Under the pieces are notes generated by a model. The model was not told where the DNA came from, searched no databases, and saw only the letters and a program-made list of their open reading frames with translations. From NCBI RefSeq assembly GCF_009914755.1, contig NC_060928.1: a stretch of DNA of 64,000 nt. One strand, 5' to 3'. This document shows, one piece after another, positions 11,716-25,130 of this stretch; within the stretch, counting starts at the first letter, position 1, and the number at the start of each line of letters is the position of its first letter. The stretch is from the human T2T-CHM13v2.0 reference genome, Homo sapiens. Both the position numbers and the translations under genes were made by a program.

Positions 11716-13893
11716 ACAACATTGTAGGAACACACTTGAAAATAATAAGAGCCACCTGTGACAAACCCACAGCCATTATACTAACTAGGTGAAAGTTGGA
11801 AGCATTCCCTTTGAGAAATGGAATAAGACAAAGGATACCTATTCACACCACTCCTATTTACCACAGTACTGTTCCTAGTACTGAAAGTGCTAGCCAGATA
11901 AATCAGGCAAGAGAAATAAGTAAAAGTATCAAAATAGGAAAGAAGAAGTCAAACTATTTCTGTTCGTGGATGATATAAACATATGCCTGGAAAATAGTAA
12001 AGACTCTGCCAGAAGTCTCCTGGTATGGATTTAAAATGACTTCAGTAAAGTTTCAGGATACAAAATCAATGTATAAAAATCAATAGCATTTCTATACACT
12101 AATCATGTTCAAGCTGAAAGTCAAATCAAGAATGCAATCCCATTTACAATAGCAACAAAAAAATTTAAAAACCTAGTAATATATCTAATCAAGGAGGTAA
12201 AAGAGCTCTCCAAGAAGAATCACAAAACACTGCTAAAATAAATTAGGAATGACACAAATAAATGAAAAAAATATTCCATTATCATGGATTGGAAGAATCA
12301 ATACCATTAAAATGGCCATAGTGCTCAAAGCTAATCACAGATTAAATGCTATTCCTATCAAACTGCCAATGTCATTTTTCAACACAACTAGAAAAATCTA
12401 TTCAAAAACTCATATGGAACTGAAAAACAGCCTGAATAGCCAAAGCAATCCTAATCAAACATAAAAAAAGCTGGATGCATAACATTACATGACTTCAAAC
12501 TATACTGTAAGGCTATAGTAACTAAAACAGCATGGTAATACTTGTGGACCAATGAAACAGAATAGAGAATCCAGATATAAAGCTACAAACCTACATCTAT
12601 CTGATCTTTGACAAAGTCAACAAAAATAAGCAATGGAAAAAGGAGTTTCTATTCAGTAAATGGTTCTGGGGCAACTGGCTAGCCATATGCAGAAGAATTA
12701 AACTGGACCCCTATCTTCACCATATACAAGAATTAACTTTAATGGATTAAAATTAGAAATGTAAGCATCCTAGACAAAAAATCTAGGAAACACCATTCTG
12801 GACATTAGCCTGGCAAATAATTTATCACTAAGTCCTCAAAACGAAGACAAAAATTGACAAATGGGACGGAATTAAATTAAAAAGTTTCTGCATATCAAAA
12901 GAAACTATCAACAGAGCAAAAAAACAAGCTATAGAATGGGAGAAAGTATTCAAGACCTATGCTTTCAAAATGTCTAATATCCAGAATTTATAAAGAATGA
13001 ACAATGGAACAAGCATAAAACTAATAGTCACATTAAAAGTGGACAATAGCCATGAACAGATACTTTCCAAAGGAAGAGATACAAGCAGCCAACAAACATA
13101 TGAAAAATGCTCCACATCACTTATTAATAAAGAAATGCAAATCAAAACTACAGAGACATAGAGACATACCATCTCACACCAGTCAGAATAGCTATTATTG
13201 AAAAGTCAGAACCAACAGATGTTGGCAGGACTGCAGAGAAATGGGAATGCTTTTACATTGTTGATGAGAATGTAAATTATTTCAGCCACCATGGAAAGCA
13301 GCTTGGAGATTCCTCAAAGAACTTAGAACTTCCATTCCATTCAGCAATCCCATTACTGGGTATATATCCAATAGAAAACAAATCATTCTACCAAAAAGAC
13401 ATATGTATTCACATGTTTATTGTAGCACTTTTCATAGTAGCAAAGACATGGAATCAAACTAGATGCCCTTCAATGGTGGATTGGATAAAGAAAATGTGAT
13501 ACTTATACACCATAAACACTACACATTCATAAAACATGAACAAAATTATGTCCTTTACAACATGGAGGAAGCTGGAGGCCATTATCCTAAGTGAAATAAT
13601 GCAGGAACAGAAAGCCAAATACTACATGTTCTCACTTATAAATTGGAGCTAAACGTTGGGTACTCATGGACATAAAAATGGCAAGAATAGAAGCTGGGGA
13701 CTACAAGAGGGGGAGGGAAGAGATGAAGGGTTGAAAAACAAACTCCTGGGCACTATGCTCAGTACCTGGGTGGTAGGATCATTTGTACCCCCAAACCTCA
13801 GCATTACACAATACAAACAGATAATAAACTTGCACATGTACTCCTTGAATCTAAAAGTTAAAATTTATTTTAATTAAATAAATAAAATAAAAA
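11716..13893 (+). mobile_element. 5'-truncated L1 (L1PA15-17/L1PB4-like), ORF2 3' half plus 3' UTR
   Basis: ORF fragments resemble ORF2p (EAFPLRNGIRQ; [16 protein letters not shown]...[12 protein letters not shown]). 3' UTR gggtactcatggacataaaaatggcaa and an A-rich tail follow. Confidence 0.92.
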
Positions 13894-14730
13894 GGAATAT
13901 AATTGAAAAAGTAGACTATGTTGCTAAATGATAAATTTCTATGCTACATAATTCCAGAAATTTGCAAACTTCTATCTTCTCATTAATTATTCAACGAGTG
14001 CTAGTATTATTGCTATTTCAATAGCTGCTAAGATTTCAGTGTCATCAAATAATTGTCAGCTTCTAATGAACTCAGTTACTATGTTGGCAGATCAAAATGA
14101 TCTACAGTATCTCAAATTGGAACATAACTTTCTCTTGACTATTTCCTAATCTCAGCATGTTGTTATTATCAACTAACAGCCAAGATATCCCATCAAGATA
14201 TAAAAAGAAAGTTGTGTTAATTATGCAGGCACAGTGTTGCGATACGTCACTGACCTTTTCAAAATTATTTTTTTGTCAGTGTTTCATAAACCATTTCAGC
14301 AAAGACATAAAAAATAAACAACAAAAGGTCATTGTTTTAGGCTATTTTTCATAAATGATTAAAGGAATAAAACTTAGTTCTGCATTTTTGCAATATTTTA
14401 CAAATAACATTTTTCAGGTAAAGTTTTTTGATGATTTTGTGTTATGTGCAAAGCTATTTAACATATACAGAATAACAAAGGCTCAGTTCTAAAGCCCTTT
14501 GAATCAGCCACTAGGATAATATAAACCTTTGATGGGTTTATATCTTAAAAGAAATTGGCCCTTTCTGTTTAATGTGAGAATATAGATTTTTTGGAACAGA
14601 TTTTGAATTTTTCATTAATGATTTTGCAAAATGTAGATGAATAATTTTCTTGGAAGGTTTTAAGGAAGGATTTTTTTGCTAATTTTACAGATTAGCTAAT
14701 AATAAAATATATTAATATGTTTTATCTCTA

Positions 14731-15051
<321 letters not shown>

Positions 15052-15074
15052 TACACATTTCTATGTAAAATCCT

Positions 15075-16330
15075 TGATTCAATAAATATTTATTGAATGT
15101 CAGGTAACAGGCACTTTTCTTGGCCCTGGAGATATTGTAGTGTGGAGGGGATAACAAAATTACGGCATATTAGAATTAATTCTAATGTTGAGGACCAAAA
15201 AAGTATGTATGTGTGAATTTATTATTTGTTAGAATTTGATTGCCATATATTTATTGAGATCATATCTATTTATCATATAAATTTTTCTTGGTTGATTTGG
15301 GTTTTTATATATTCTAATGCATATATTTTTTGTTTTACATATATAAATTAAAGAATGAGTAAAAAATATATACATTAAAATATGTAAAAGTCCAAAGGAA
15401 CTGAAAGAAGATATTTCAAACAGGAGTGAACAGCATGCACAAATACTCTGAAGCGAAAAGGTATTTACCTGAAGAAACTGCACAGAGACTGATAGAGCTG
15501 ACAGAGTGTCGGGTGGGTAGCACAGTAGATGACTTCAGGGAAGTCATGGGGGTCAGATTACACAGGGCCTTGTAATTCAGAGAAAGAACTTTGACTTCTA
15601 TTCTGATACAATCTGATGTATATTTTAATAGGATCAATCAAATGCTATGTTGAAAATATAAGAAATGTAGTCAAGGATACAAACAATAGTAATAATTACA
15701 ATAACAGAAGACAGTGATAAAACTGTGGTGTGGGCTAGAATAGTGACAGATGGTCAAATTCTGGATGTTTGTTTAAGGAAGAGCCTACAGGATTTAAATA
15801 ACATATGAGCAAAGTGCAGTGGCTTACTATGAAGATATCTAGGAAAATTGTATTCCAAACTGAGGGGATTCTAATTGTCAGTGCCTTGAGTTGGGAATAT
15901 ACCTGGAGTGAAGGAGCAGCAAGGAAGATACTGTGGCTAGAAAAGAGTGAATGTCTTAATTATAAGGAACTTAGGAGGAGGAGAGTGCAGAGAACAGGAG
16001 CCAGGGTAGACAGAGCAGGGTCTGATGTGGGAGAGAAAGAAAGAAGTTAAAGATAACAACAAGGTTTAGGAACGTGAATAACAAGACAAATTTAGTTGGT
16101 AGAAACTGAAATTAGTAAGGCTGGAAGTGGTGTTGGTTTGGGGGAGAATATCAGCTCAGTTTGCATATGCTAAGTTTAAACTGTGGAGGTGTCAATTACA
16201 CAGTTAGATATTCTTGTCTAACGATTTCATAAGGGACAATTGGTCTGACAATACAGATACATGGTTTATCAGCATTTAGTCAAGATCATTCTGGGAGTAG
16301 GATAGGAAGACAAGTGGCTCCTGGAGTGAG
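15075..16330 (-). mobile_element. L2 fragments
   Basis: ttcaataaatatttattgaatg terminus; gaacagcatgcacaaa, cagattacacagggccttgta and ggtcaaattctggatg motifs typical of antisense L2. Confidence 0.7.
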
Positions 16331-19300
16331 CCCCAAGCTTTTGATTACTTAGGAAAAAAAAAAAAAAAAAGCAACCAAGAATATAAACCAAATAAATCCT
16401 GATCTATTATGTGAAGACAGTAACACAAGATTATTCCCTAATTCTAGTGCTTTGATATATTTTTAAGTGACAAGTTAGAGATGTAGTTTTCTATCCTATT
16501 TCATAAAGTGTTTTTAGGACATATTAAACTATTTGAGTAAAATATTTTAAGAATAAATTTTTTCTTGTATTTTCTGAAAAAATAAATGAGGAAGTAAAAA
16601 AAAAGAAGTTACCTATAGGTTTGGGAAGTGAAGGGGAAATGGGAAATGGTGCAGGCCTTCTAAATGGAGACTTTTTAAATAGTGTTTCTGAATTTGGAAA
16701 AAGATAAATATATGATCCATTCAAAAATAAAACAAAAATTTTAGAACCATAACTATATTCTTAATGTTAACAATAGCTGATTTTTCAACACTTGTTTTCC
16801 AATTACTTTTAGGCCTAAAAATAAAATTTACCAATTTAAAAGAAAGTCTGCATAAAGTAGTACTGACTACTAGTTGATTTGAAGTTTAAATGATTTCTCA
16901 CATTTTTCTACACTGTATGTTCAACATTTTAAAATGTATACATTTGAAGATGTTTTAGCAACTTCCTTTTATTCTCTACCAAGAAAAATCCAGTTATATT
17001 TTCCAGTCATGTATTTTCTATTAGTTTTACTGTCTTTAAAGGGTAGTAGAAACACATTTTAAATGCTTGACCTTTTCTGTGTGAGGTGATTTTAAAGTTA
17101 ACAGACCTACCGTTTCTGTTTTGCATGCTTTCCACATTTATAAGCTTACTGCTAACTATTTTGTTGTTTAAATGAAAGACTGTGCTGACAATTAAATGGA
17201 GGTTCATGCATGCTTCACTGCCACATCTTATTACCATCGACATAGAAGAAGCAGAACGCTGAAATTACTGGTTTTAGCCTGCATCTGCATGGCCTTATTA
17301 TACCTACTAAGGTGAAAATGTCAGCTTTAAAGAATGTAATTATATAACTTAAACTGCAGTGGTGGCAAGGTTAAATTCTTGCTTTACTGATCTTAAAACA
17401 AACCATAGTTTCTAGGTCTGGAAGTGCCTTTTGTTTATAAATTTGACCTCTCACTTTCATTCCTTCTGCTGTTTTTCTTCAATAAGGTTTTCAACACAGG
17501 TGTTAATTCAATATAGATTTTTGAACTTTTTCTACTTCAGTCTGTTTAAATACATACTATTTCCAACAATGAGAAGGCATACAGCATACATATTATTGTA
17601 TTGGACTCTTCCTATCTGGAAAGTTCAAGTGTAAAATACACTTTAAGATGCTTTGAAGTAAAGCAAACCAAGTTAATTGTCAATAATTTTAACTTGCAAA
17701 TGCAAATTACAACCTAGGTTAATAAATATATTTTTAAATTATTGCTAAAAACTAAATGTCTTTAGTTAACATTTAATTATCTATTGAATATGCAATTATC
17801 TCAATAAGTCCTTTCACATGAGCTCTTTTTAAATAGTTTGAAAACTCTGAGAATTTAATTTTTAAAACCTATTTGATTTTATTATGGTTGATGTAGATAC
17901 AGGCTTAGGAATGATAAGTTGCAGTTAAATATACATTTAAGATATTATTTGAAATAATATTCCTAATTAATATGTAATGGAAAACATCATGACTTTCAAG
18001 TATGTATCTTAATAAGCACATAATTCTATAATATAACATAATATTCAGTGTGTTCTCTTTGCATGACACTATGGAAAATATGGAGTTGCTCACTCCATTC
18101 AAATGTTACCAAAATGATAGAGGCATTTAAATATATCACAAAGACATGCAGATGAAGAATCATATAAATATTGTAAAACATAGTAAAGAATTCAAGGAAG
18201 GAAGAAGGAGCTTGTAGCAACAAGGATCCATGAGTGTTTCCTAGACCTAATAACAGTCTCCAGTTATGCTGGATAAATTTTCCGGATGTAGGAAATGGGA
18301 AGAATAAAGGTATAAGATAAGATGTTAGAAATGGATGTTAGGGATTTATTACACCTCTAGTCTGAGCACAGGAAAGCATTTGCAAAAATATTTGACCAGA
18401 ATGCACTTTAAAAAACAAAATATGTAGATAGCATATCTTCAAGATATAGAAGTTACTGGGCAAATGAATTTATGTAGATAGCCAAATTATCATTTAACAG
18501 TTGTATTTATTCAGTTTTGCAAAAATAAAAAATAAATAATTGATTCATCTGTTTTTACTTTACCTTGCAATAGAAAACCACATTTTAAAAGCTATTTTCT
18601 ATTAAAGGAAAAAATAATAAAGTATTCAAATACAAAATGGAACATTTTAATTTTAAAATATATTTTTAAATAATGTACATATCTATGAAAAAGGTAAAAT
18701 ATTTGTCTATATCAACAGAGTTTTGCATAATTTTATGTGACATCCACATTCAATTGGAAATACTTTCTGCCATATGGAGAATTGGAATGCAGACAGAAAC
18801 AATGAATATTAACCTTTATTTTTTTTTCTAAAACAGGAATTTTAAGGTGAGCCATTTCTGAGCTAGCAGTTTAGGTCAAGTTTTGTTGAAGAGAACTTAG
18901 GGGATTTCTGGAATATATCTATTCTCATAGTTATATTTATAGCTGTGCCTCTCCCTATGTCTATATTTCTCTAGTTCTATCTGTCTAGCTATATCATTTA
19001 TACCACAGGATATGATGTGCAGTAAGATATCCACCAGCATAAAGAAGATAGAAAAATTTGGAGAAGGAAAAAAGGAGACAGATGCTGTCTGGTTCCCTCA
19101 AAAATGTGATAGTTGTACATTTATCGACATAAACCTGAGTTTCTGTAAATGTTGTTTGAGGTCAGGGGATCATGAAAAAGACAAAAGTCCCAAGCTCCAT
19201 TAGTTTATATGGAACCTGCTAACAGAAAGAGCTTCTCTACTGTTTCCTATTAAGCAGTGTGTTGAACAATTGCATCCTTGCTCTCAGATCCAGTTCTCAT

Positions 19301-19864
19301 TTGTAATGGCTTTTTGTTAGTAACTTTAAATGTGTACCTCCGCCCCATCCACCACCATAAATCCTACTGGAACCATCATCAACCAGATAGAAAAATAAGT
19401 TTTAGTAAGTGAAGGAAGTTTATTTCCACTTCTAATTGAAATATACATGAGATCCTTTCCGCAAAATTATTTATATTAATTATATAAGCTCTTCACATTT
19501 AGAAGAATATTGTCCAAACCAATATTTATTTTAACAACAGCATTGGTATTGCCAATGTTTGATCTTTTACTATAGAACCTTTCCAGATTATATTTGGTCT
19601 TATGTAATAATTAGTCTTTGTGGATATATTGTAGTCAAGAACATATCTTTCTTCCCTGAAAGAACCTAACACATAAAGGAGGGCCATAACCCTTCTATGT
19701 AAAATGCCCCTTTGGCCATGGCATATTGATATCAGGGCACACATATCTGATTCAAGCTGGACAGAATTTTCTCCCCTATAAATTATAAGTTTGTAATTCA
19801 GCAAGACAGAGATGGGAGTTAATAGAATTGACAAATATTGATGGCAGCTAGAAGAAATAGACAG

Positions 19865-20380
19865 TTGTTTAGTTACTAAATATTTATGACTTCATCATGT
19901 ACCTTCCAGTGAGGTATGTACTCAGGTTATATTGTTGTTGAAAAAATAGACATATGTTCTGCACTTTTGTGGTTTACAATATAATAAAAGTCAGGAAATA
20001 CAAATAAGAACAGACATAAGATTATAACTTCAGGTTGTGGTAAACACGCTGAAGGAAATTATTAAAGAACAGTGATAGTTTATAAAAAGAGATATCCAAA
20101 TTTTTATGTGGTGATGAAGTAGAACTCACTGAGGTAGTTGCAATACAAGCTGAATCCAAAGTTTGAGAAGAACCCTGCTATATAAAGTCCTTTTTAGGGA
20201 GAGTGAGCCAAATATATAAGGTCTTAAGACAGAAAAGATTTTGGTGTATTAAATAAAGCAAACAGGATTGAAGTACATTTAATTTTAAGGGGTAAGAAAG
20301 AAGATGGAACAAAATAAGGTTGAAAATGTAATTAGGGATAGATCCCAACATATCTTATTTGCTGTAGTAAGGAACGATTA
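19865..20380 (-). mobile_element. L2 fragment
   Basis: aaatatttatga...aaaatagacatatgttctgcac...gtttacaat and later L2-like motifs. Confidence 0.55.
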
Positions 20381-21118
20381 CTTGAAAATATTGAAATAAT
20401 TGGTCATTTCTATAAATAGTTTGAATGGAGTGATGATGGCACTGGCCAGATGGAATTCAGTTGTATAGTAATTGGAGATTTGAAAGCAGGGACAATATGT
20501 GCCGACAAATACTCTCTTTAGTTTGAAGAAGGCTAAAGCAACAGCTTAATAACCAGAAAGGGACATCGAGGGTGATAGGAGGGCTCTTTAGAAGGTGAGA
20601 TACTAGAGAATAAATATAGACTATGGGTATTAGGATCCTCAAAGTTCCCCTTATTTCTTCCATTTCTGTCTTTTGGTTATTTTTATTTAATGAGATACAA
20701 AGATAAGACATTTGTTCTTGGGTCTTCCCAGAATCTCTTTGGAAACTACCCATGGACCAGAGCAGTCTAATTTAGCTCTATGTAAAGTATTTCAAGCATT
20801 TAAGGGGTTAGTCTGCCATTCTGGTAGGGCTGACTCCTTCTAGCATTTCCACAGGCGAACATGTAATCATAGTAGTTACATGAGGGGTAGGCAAGAGACC
20901 AGGCTGTGTTTATTAAGATCCTTTCCAAAATTTTATGAAAGCATGGCAGCAAAAAGAAGGATCAAAGCAACCCGAAGTGAACTTTTTTAAAAATATTCAT
21001 GTCCTCTTGATTGCAGTGCTCCCAAAAATCAACATTTTCATCTTGAATAGCTTTGTTCTTGCTTTGTTTATAAATCAGAAAGTGTGATTTTTCACTATTG
21101 CAGGGGAAGCTTATGATC

Positions 21119-21527
21119 TGTGTTAGTTCCTTGGGGGTACTGTAACAAATACTTCTATTGTCTCACAGTTCTGCAGCCTAGAAGCCTAAAATTGAGGTGT
21201 TGGACCATGCTCCCTCTGAAACTTCCCTTCCTCTTCTAGATTCTGGAAGCTCCAAGATATTACTTGGCTTGTGGCAACAAAACTGTGATCTTCACATGGC
21301 TTTCTCCCTTCTTCTTTACGTATTATTCTCTCTCTGCATGTCTGTTTCTGTGTCAAAATTTCCCCTTTATAAGGACACAGTCATTGGATTAGGGCTTAGC
21401 CTAGTGGCCTCATTTTAAATTGATTACTTCCTTAAAGACGTTATTTCCAAATAAGATTACGTTTTGAATTACTGGGGATAAGGACTTCAACATATATTTT
21501 CTGGGGTACAGAATTCATCCAGTAATA
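21119..21527 (-). mobile_element. MLT1B-like MaLR LTR
   Basis: tgtgttagttcc...gtaacaaatac...tctcacagttctg...ttataaggacacagtcattggattaggg...tttccaaataag...aggacttcaacata. Confidence 0.85.
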
Positions 21528-21875
21528 CCCACTTATTCATTAGATATATATTATATATCTAATATAAATATTTCTGGCCTTGTGCCCACTCTTATTCATT
21601 TTTCCCATAAAAAGGAGAAATGAGATACCAGGTTGGTGAGCCAAAGCTTGGGCCTAGGTTTATTTTCGGATCACCTCTGTTTAAGAGCCATACCTCTTAT
21701 GAGTTCAGCTCTTTTTCTTCCTCACTTCTGAGCCTTGGGCTAGGGGAAAGAAACTGTAGATCTCAACTTTCAAGCGGATGAGAATTTCCACTTTAGCCCA
21801 GGGATGAACACTTTAGAACACTGTTCACTTTAGAACAGTGAATATTAGTTCCTCCTAAACCACTGCCTTCAAATC

Positions 21876-22217
21876 CATTCATGCATCCCATAACTACATT
21901 TCCATCAACAATGGACCACATATATGACAGCGGTCCAGTAGATTCTAATACAATATTTTATTGTACCTTTTGTATACTTAACATATGTTTAGATGTACAG
22001 ATACCACTTTGTTACAATTGCCCACATTATTCAGTAGTAATATGCCATACAGATTTTCAGTCTAGGAGCAATGTGCTTTACTATATAGCCTAGGTGTACA
22101 GCAGTCTATAGCATCTAGGTTTGTGTAAGTACACACTATATATGTTCTCTCAAATATTAAATTGCCTTAAGATGTGTCTCTCACATTTTATCTCTGTTGT
22201 TAAGTGACGCATGATTG
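21876..22217 (+). mobile_element. Tigger3a (MER7A) DNA transposon
   Basis: Matches Tigger3a along its length (atggaccacatatatgac; tatagcctaggtgt; ctaggtttgtgtaagtacac; ttaagtgacgcatgattg followed by TA). Confidence 0.9.
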
Positions 22218-22762
22218 TAGATTTATGGTTGTATTTTTTCATTGTATTTTATTTAATATCTATCTATTAATTAAGATCACAATTCTACAGAGAAAAATGT
22301 TGATCTTGACTAGGCCCTTTAAAATCCAAGTATCAATTTAGTTTGTTCTGACATTTCCTTTGAAAATGCAGTTTAAGGTCCAAATGTTTCTCTCCTACAT
22401 TGGAAACTGTCTTTGTTATTCATTGATTCATGAAAAATTAGCCTGCATACTATACAAGATCTATATGTAACACATTTCGATTATCATAAATATATATTTT
22501 TAAGTTATGAGAGGAGATAATATACATATGTTAATATATGTATCAATATTTGTTTACTTCACTTGACTTGTTTTATAATTTTTTTTGTTATTTTTGTGCT
22601 TTTCTGTGACATTAATAAAAACACAAAATGTGTTTATAATTGCTTACATGCACACATTACAATACATTTTAGAAGGAAAAATATTGCTGACATTTATTTC
22701 TTTTAAAACTGATGTTCATATCTCCTGGAACATGTATTTGGTGAAATACAAGTTTTAAAAAT

Positions 22763-23050
<288 letters not shown>

Positions 23051-23256
23051 TTACCCATTATTTTATATGCAATTGCAAACCGTTCAATTGCAACCTCTGT
23101 CACTGCAAAAAGAAAAATATAGTAAAGATTTTCAATACTGATATATGTGTGTGTGTGTGTATATATGATTGAGAACACTTTAAAAACTTAAGGTAGATCC
23201 CTACATAAACCTGTCAATTGAGAGTTAGTTGAAGCAATGTATGAGATTCCTTGGTG

Positions 23257-23451
23257 TTGCACGGTTTAATAGCATAGCCAACAACCATATGCGGCTATTT
23301 AAATTTAAATTAATTAAAATTAAATAATAATAAAAATTTAGTTCCTCAGTCACTCTAGTCATAAAAGAAGCTACATGAGGTTAGCATCTGCCAAATGAAT
23401 AAGAATATAGGACATTTTCATTATCACAGAAAAATGTATTGCATAGTGCTT
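23257..23451 (-). mobile_element. MER3 hAT-Charlie element
   Basis: ggctatttaaatttaaattaattaaaattaaataa...ttcctcagtcac...cattatcacagaaa...tattgcatagtgct. Confidence 0.8.
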
Positions 23452-23948
23452 CCTTAGCATCTCAATATTTTATGAATATAATTGAATATTTTTTTAGATG
23501 ATTTCTGACAAATCTGTTACTCATAAATGTCCAAGTTACTTCAAGGTCCTTTTCTTACACTGCCTTAGAACACTACCCAGAATGCCAACACACCGTTTGA
23601 CTTTAGTATGTGTTGGCATGTCATGAGACACATTGTGTATTCAATCTAAGATAATGAGGGACAGCAACCAGCATATGATGAGGCTCTGGAGGTATGTAAG
23701 GTGTAAGGGTATGTGCAGGATTTCTCAGAGTATTATGAAGTAATACATTTTGCTTTCAGTTTATGCCCTAAAAAACAAATTGCTATTCTTTTAAATGAAA
23801 CAGAATAATATAATTCTCTGTGTTAAAAGGGTTAGAAAATGGAGATCAGAGCAAATAGGAGAAACAAACACTCTGGTCACAAAGAACAGCAGGACAGAAA
23901 AAACTTATTCCAAGAGCTAACACAAATGATATACCATCAGCTTTAAAA

Positions 23949-24020
23949 ATATATATATAAACACTATTTATATATATATACACTATATATATATATATAT
24001 ATACACACACTATATATATA
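23949..24020. repeat. Compound (TA)n/CACTA microsatellite
   Basis: Seen directly, immediately 5' of the Alu at 24026. Confidence 0.9.
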
Positions 24021-24025
24021 GTGCA

Positions 24026-24331
24026 GGCCAGGTGTGGTGGCTTATGCCTGTAATCCCAGCACTTTGGGAGGCCGAGGAGGGCGGATCATGAGGTCAGGAG
24101 CTCTAGACTATCCTGGCTAATACGGTGAAACCCTGTCTCTACTAAAAATACAAAAAATTAGCTGGGCGTGGTGGCAAGCACCTGTAATCCCAGCTACTCA
24201 GGAGGCTGAGGTATGAGGATCGCTTGAACCCAGGAGGCGGAATTTGCAGTCAGCCGAGATCGCCCACCGCACTCCAACCTGGGCAACAGAGTGAGACTCT
24301 GTCTCAAAAAAAAGAAGAAGAAGAAAGAAAA
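24026..24331 (+). mobile_element. Alu (Sc8/Y-like)
   Basis: Diagnostic tcctggctaatacggtgaaa; GAA-interrupted tail; flanks atatagtgca and atacagtgca (TSD). Confidence 0.95.
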
Positions 24332-24939
24332 TACAGTGCAGGACAGAAATGTTGTATTTAAAAGGCAAATGTGGACTTATGCAAATGTAAATATTAGGGA
24401 CGATATCCATCTATTTCAAAGGACTCTAAAAGACATTGGCATCCGAGGGAAAAAGGTGGGTAGTTATACAGATACCATATAGAATGTAGAATATGAACCA
24501 GAATTAAACAAGAACCAAGAGAAAAGGAATTTATATAGGATCAGACCTTGGCCACACTGATCATTGTTATCTGATCTTTAATAAGAAGAATCTAAAAGCT
24601 TAAACAAAAAATTTAGAAAATATGTTACTAATATTTTTGAATCTCTGTACAAAGAATATGTGTTTGGATTAATGTGTAATTTGCATCTATATAATTTTAT
24701 TAAGATATTTTAAAATGAGTTATCCTCAATACATTATTTTATTTTAGAAAATGAATTAATAAATGTCCTCATACACTCATGTCCAGAAAACTAGGGAGAA
24801 TGAGCCATACTTAATTATTAAAAAAAAAAAATCTTTTTGAAGAGATAGCACTACTTTATGTATCAAATTTTTTATAAAATGGCCATTTCTGGTATACTAT
24901 AATGTATTATGCTATACATATGTACAATAAAATCTTAAG

Positions 24940-25130
24940 CATTTGGGTTGTAGTCATAAAAACTCTGTATATATGGGTCGTTGCATTTACTATCTTTTCA
25001 AACTTTGGAAATTACTTAATTCCACTGAAACTAGATTTCTTCATCTGTAAAATAAGGATCGTATTTTCTTTCTAATTAATATGGAATATTTAAATGAGAT
25101 GATTATTTAAATCACTTAGAAGTCTGCTAA
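24940..25130 (+). mobile_element. MIR
   Basis: Core tttcttcatctgtaaaataagg and ttaaatgagatgatt...cacttagaa. Confidence 0.7.

Noticed and set aside
6576-13893. Minus-strand L1 5' half beside a plus-strand L1 3' half, resembling a twin-priming inversion
   Set aside because: The minus element has its own L1MA 3' end at 6203-6540 and an L1M1-type 5' UTR. The plus element has a different (L1PA16/PB4-like) 3' UTR, and unrelated DNA separates them.
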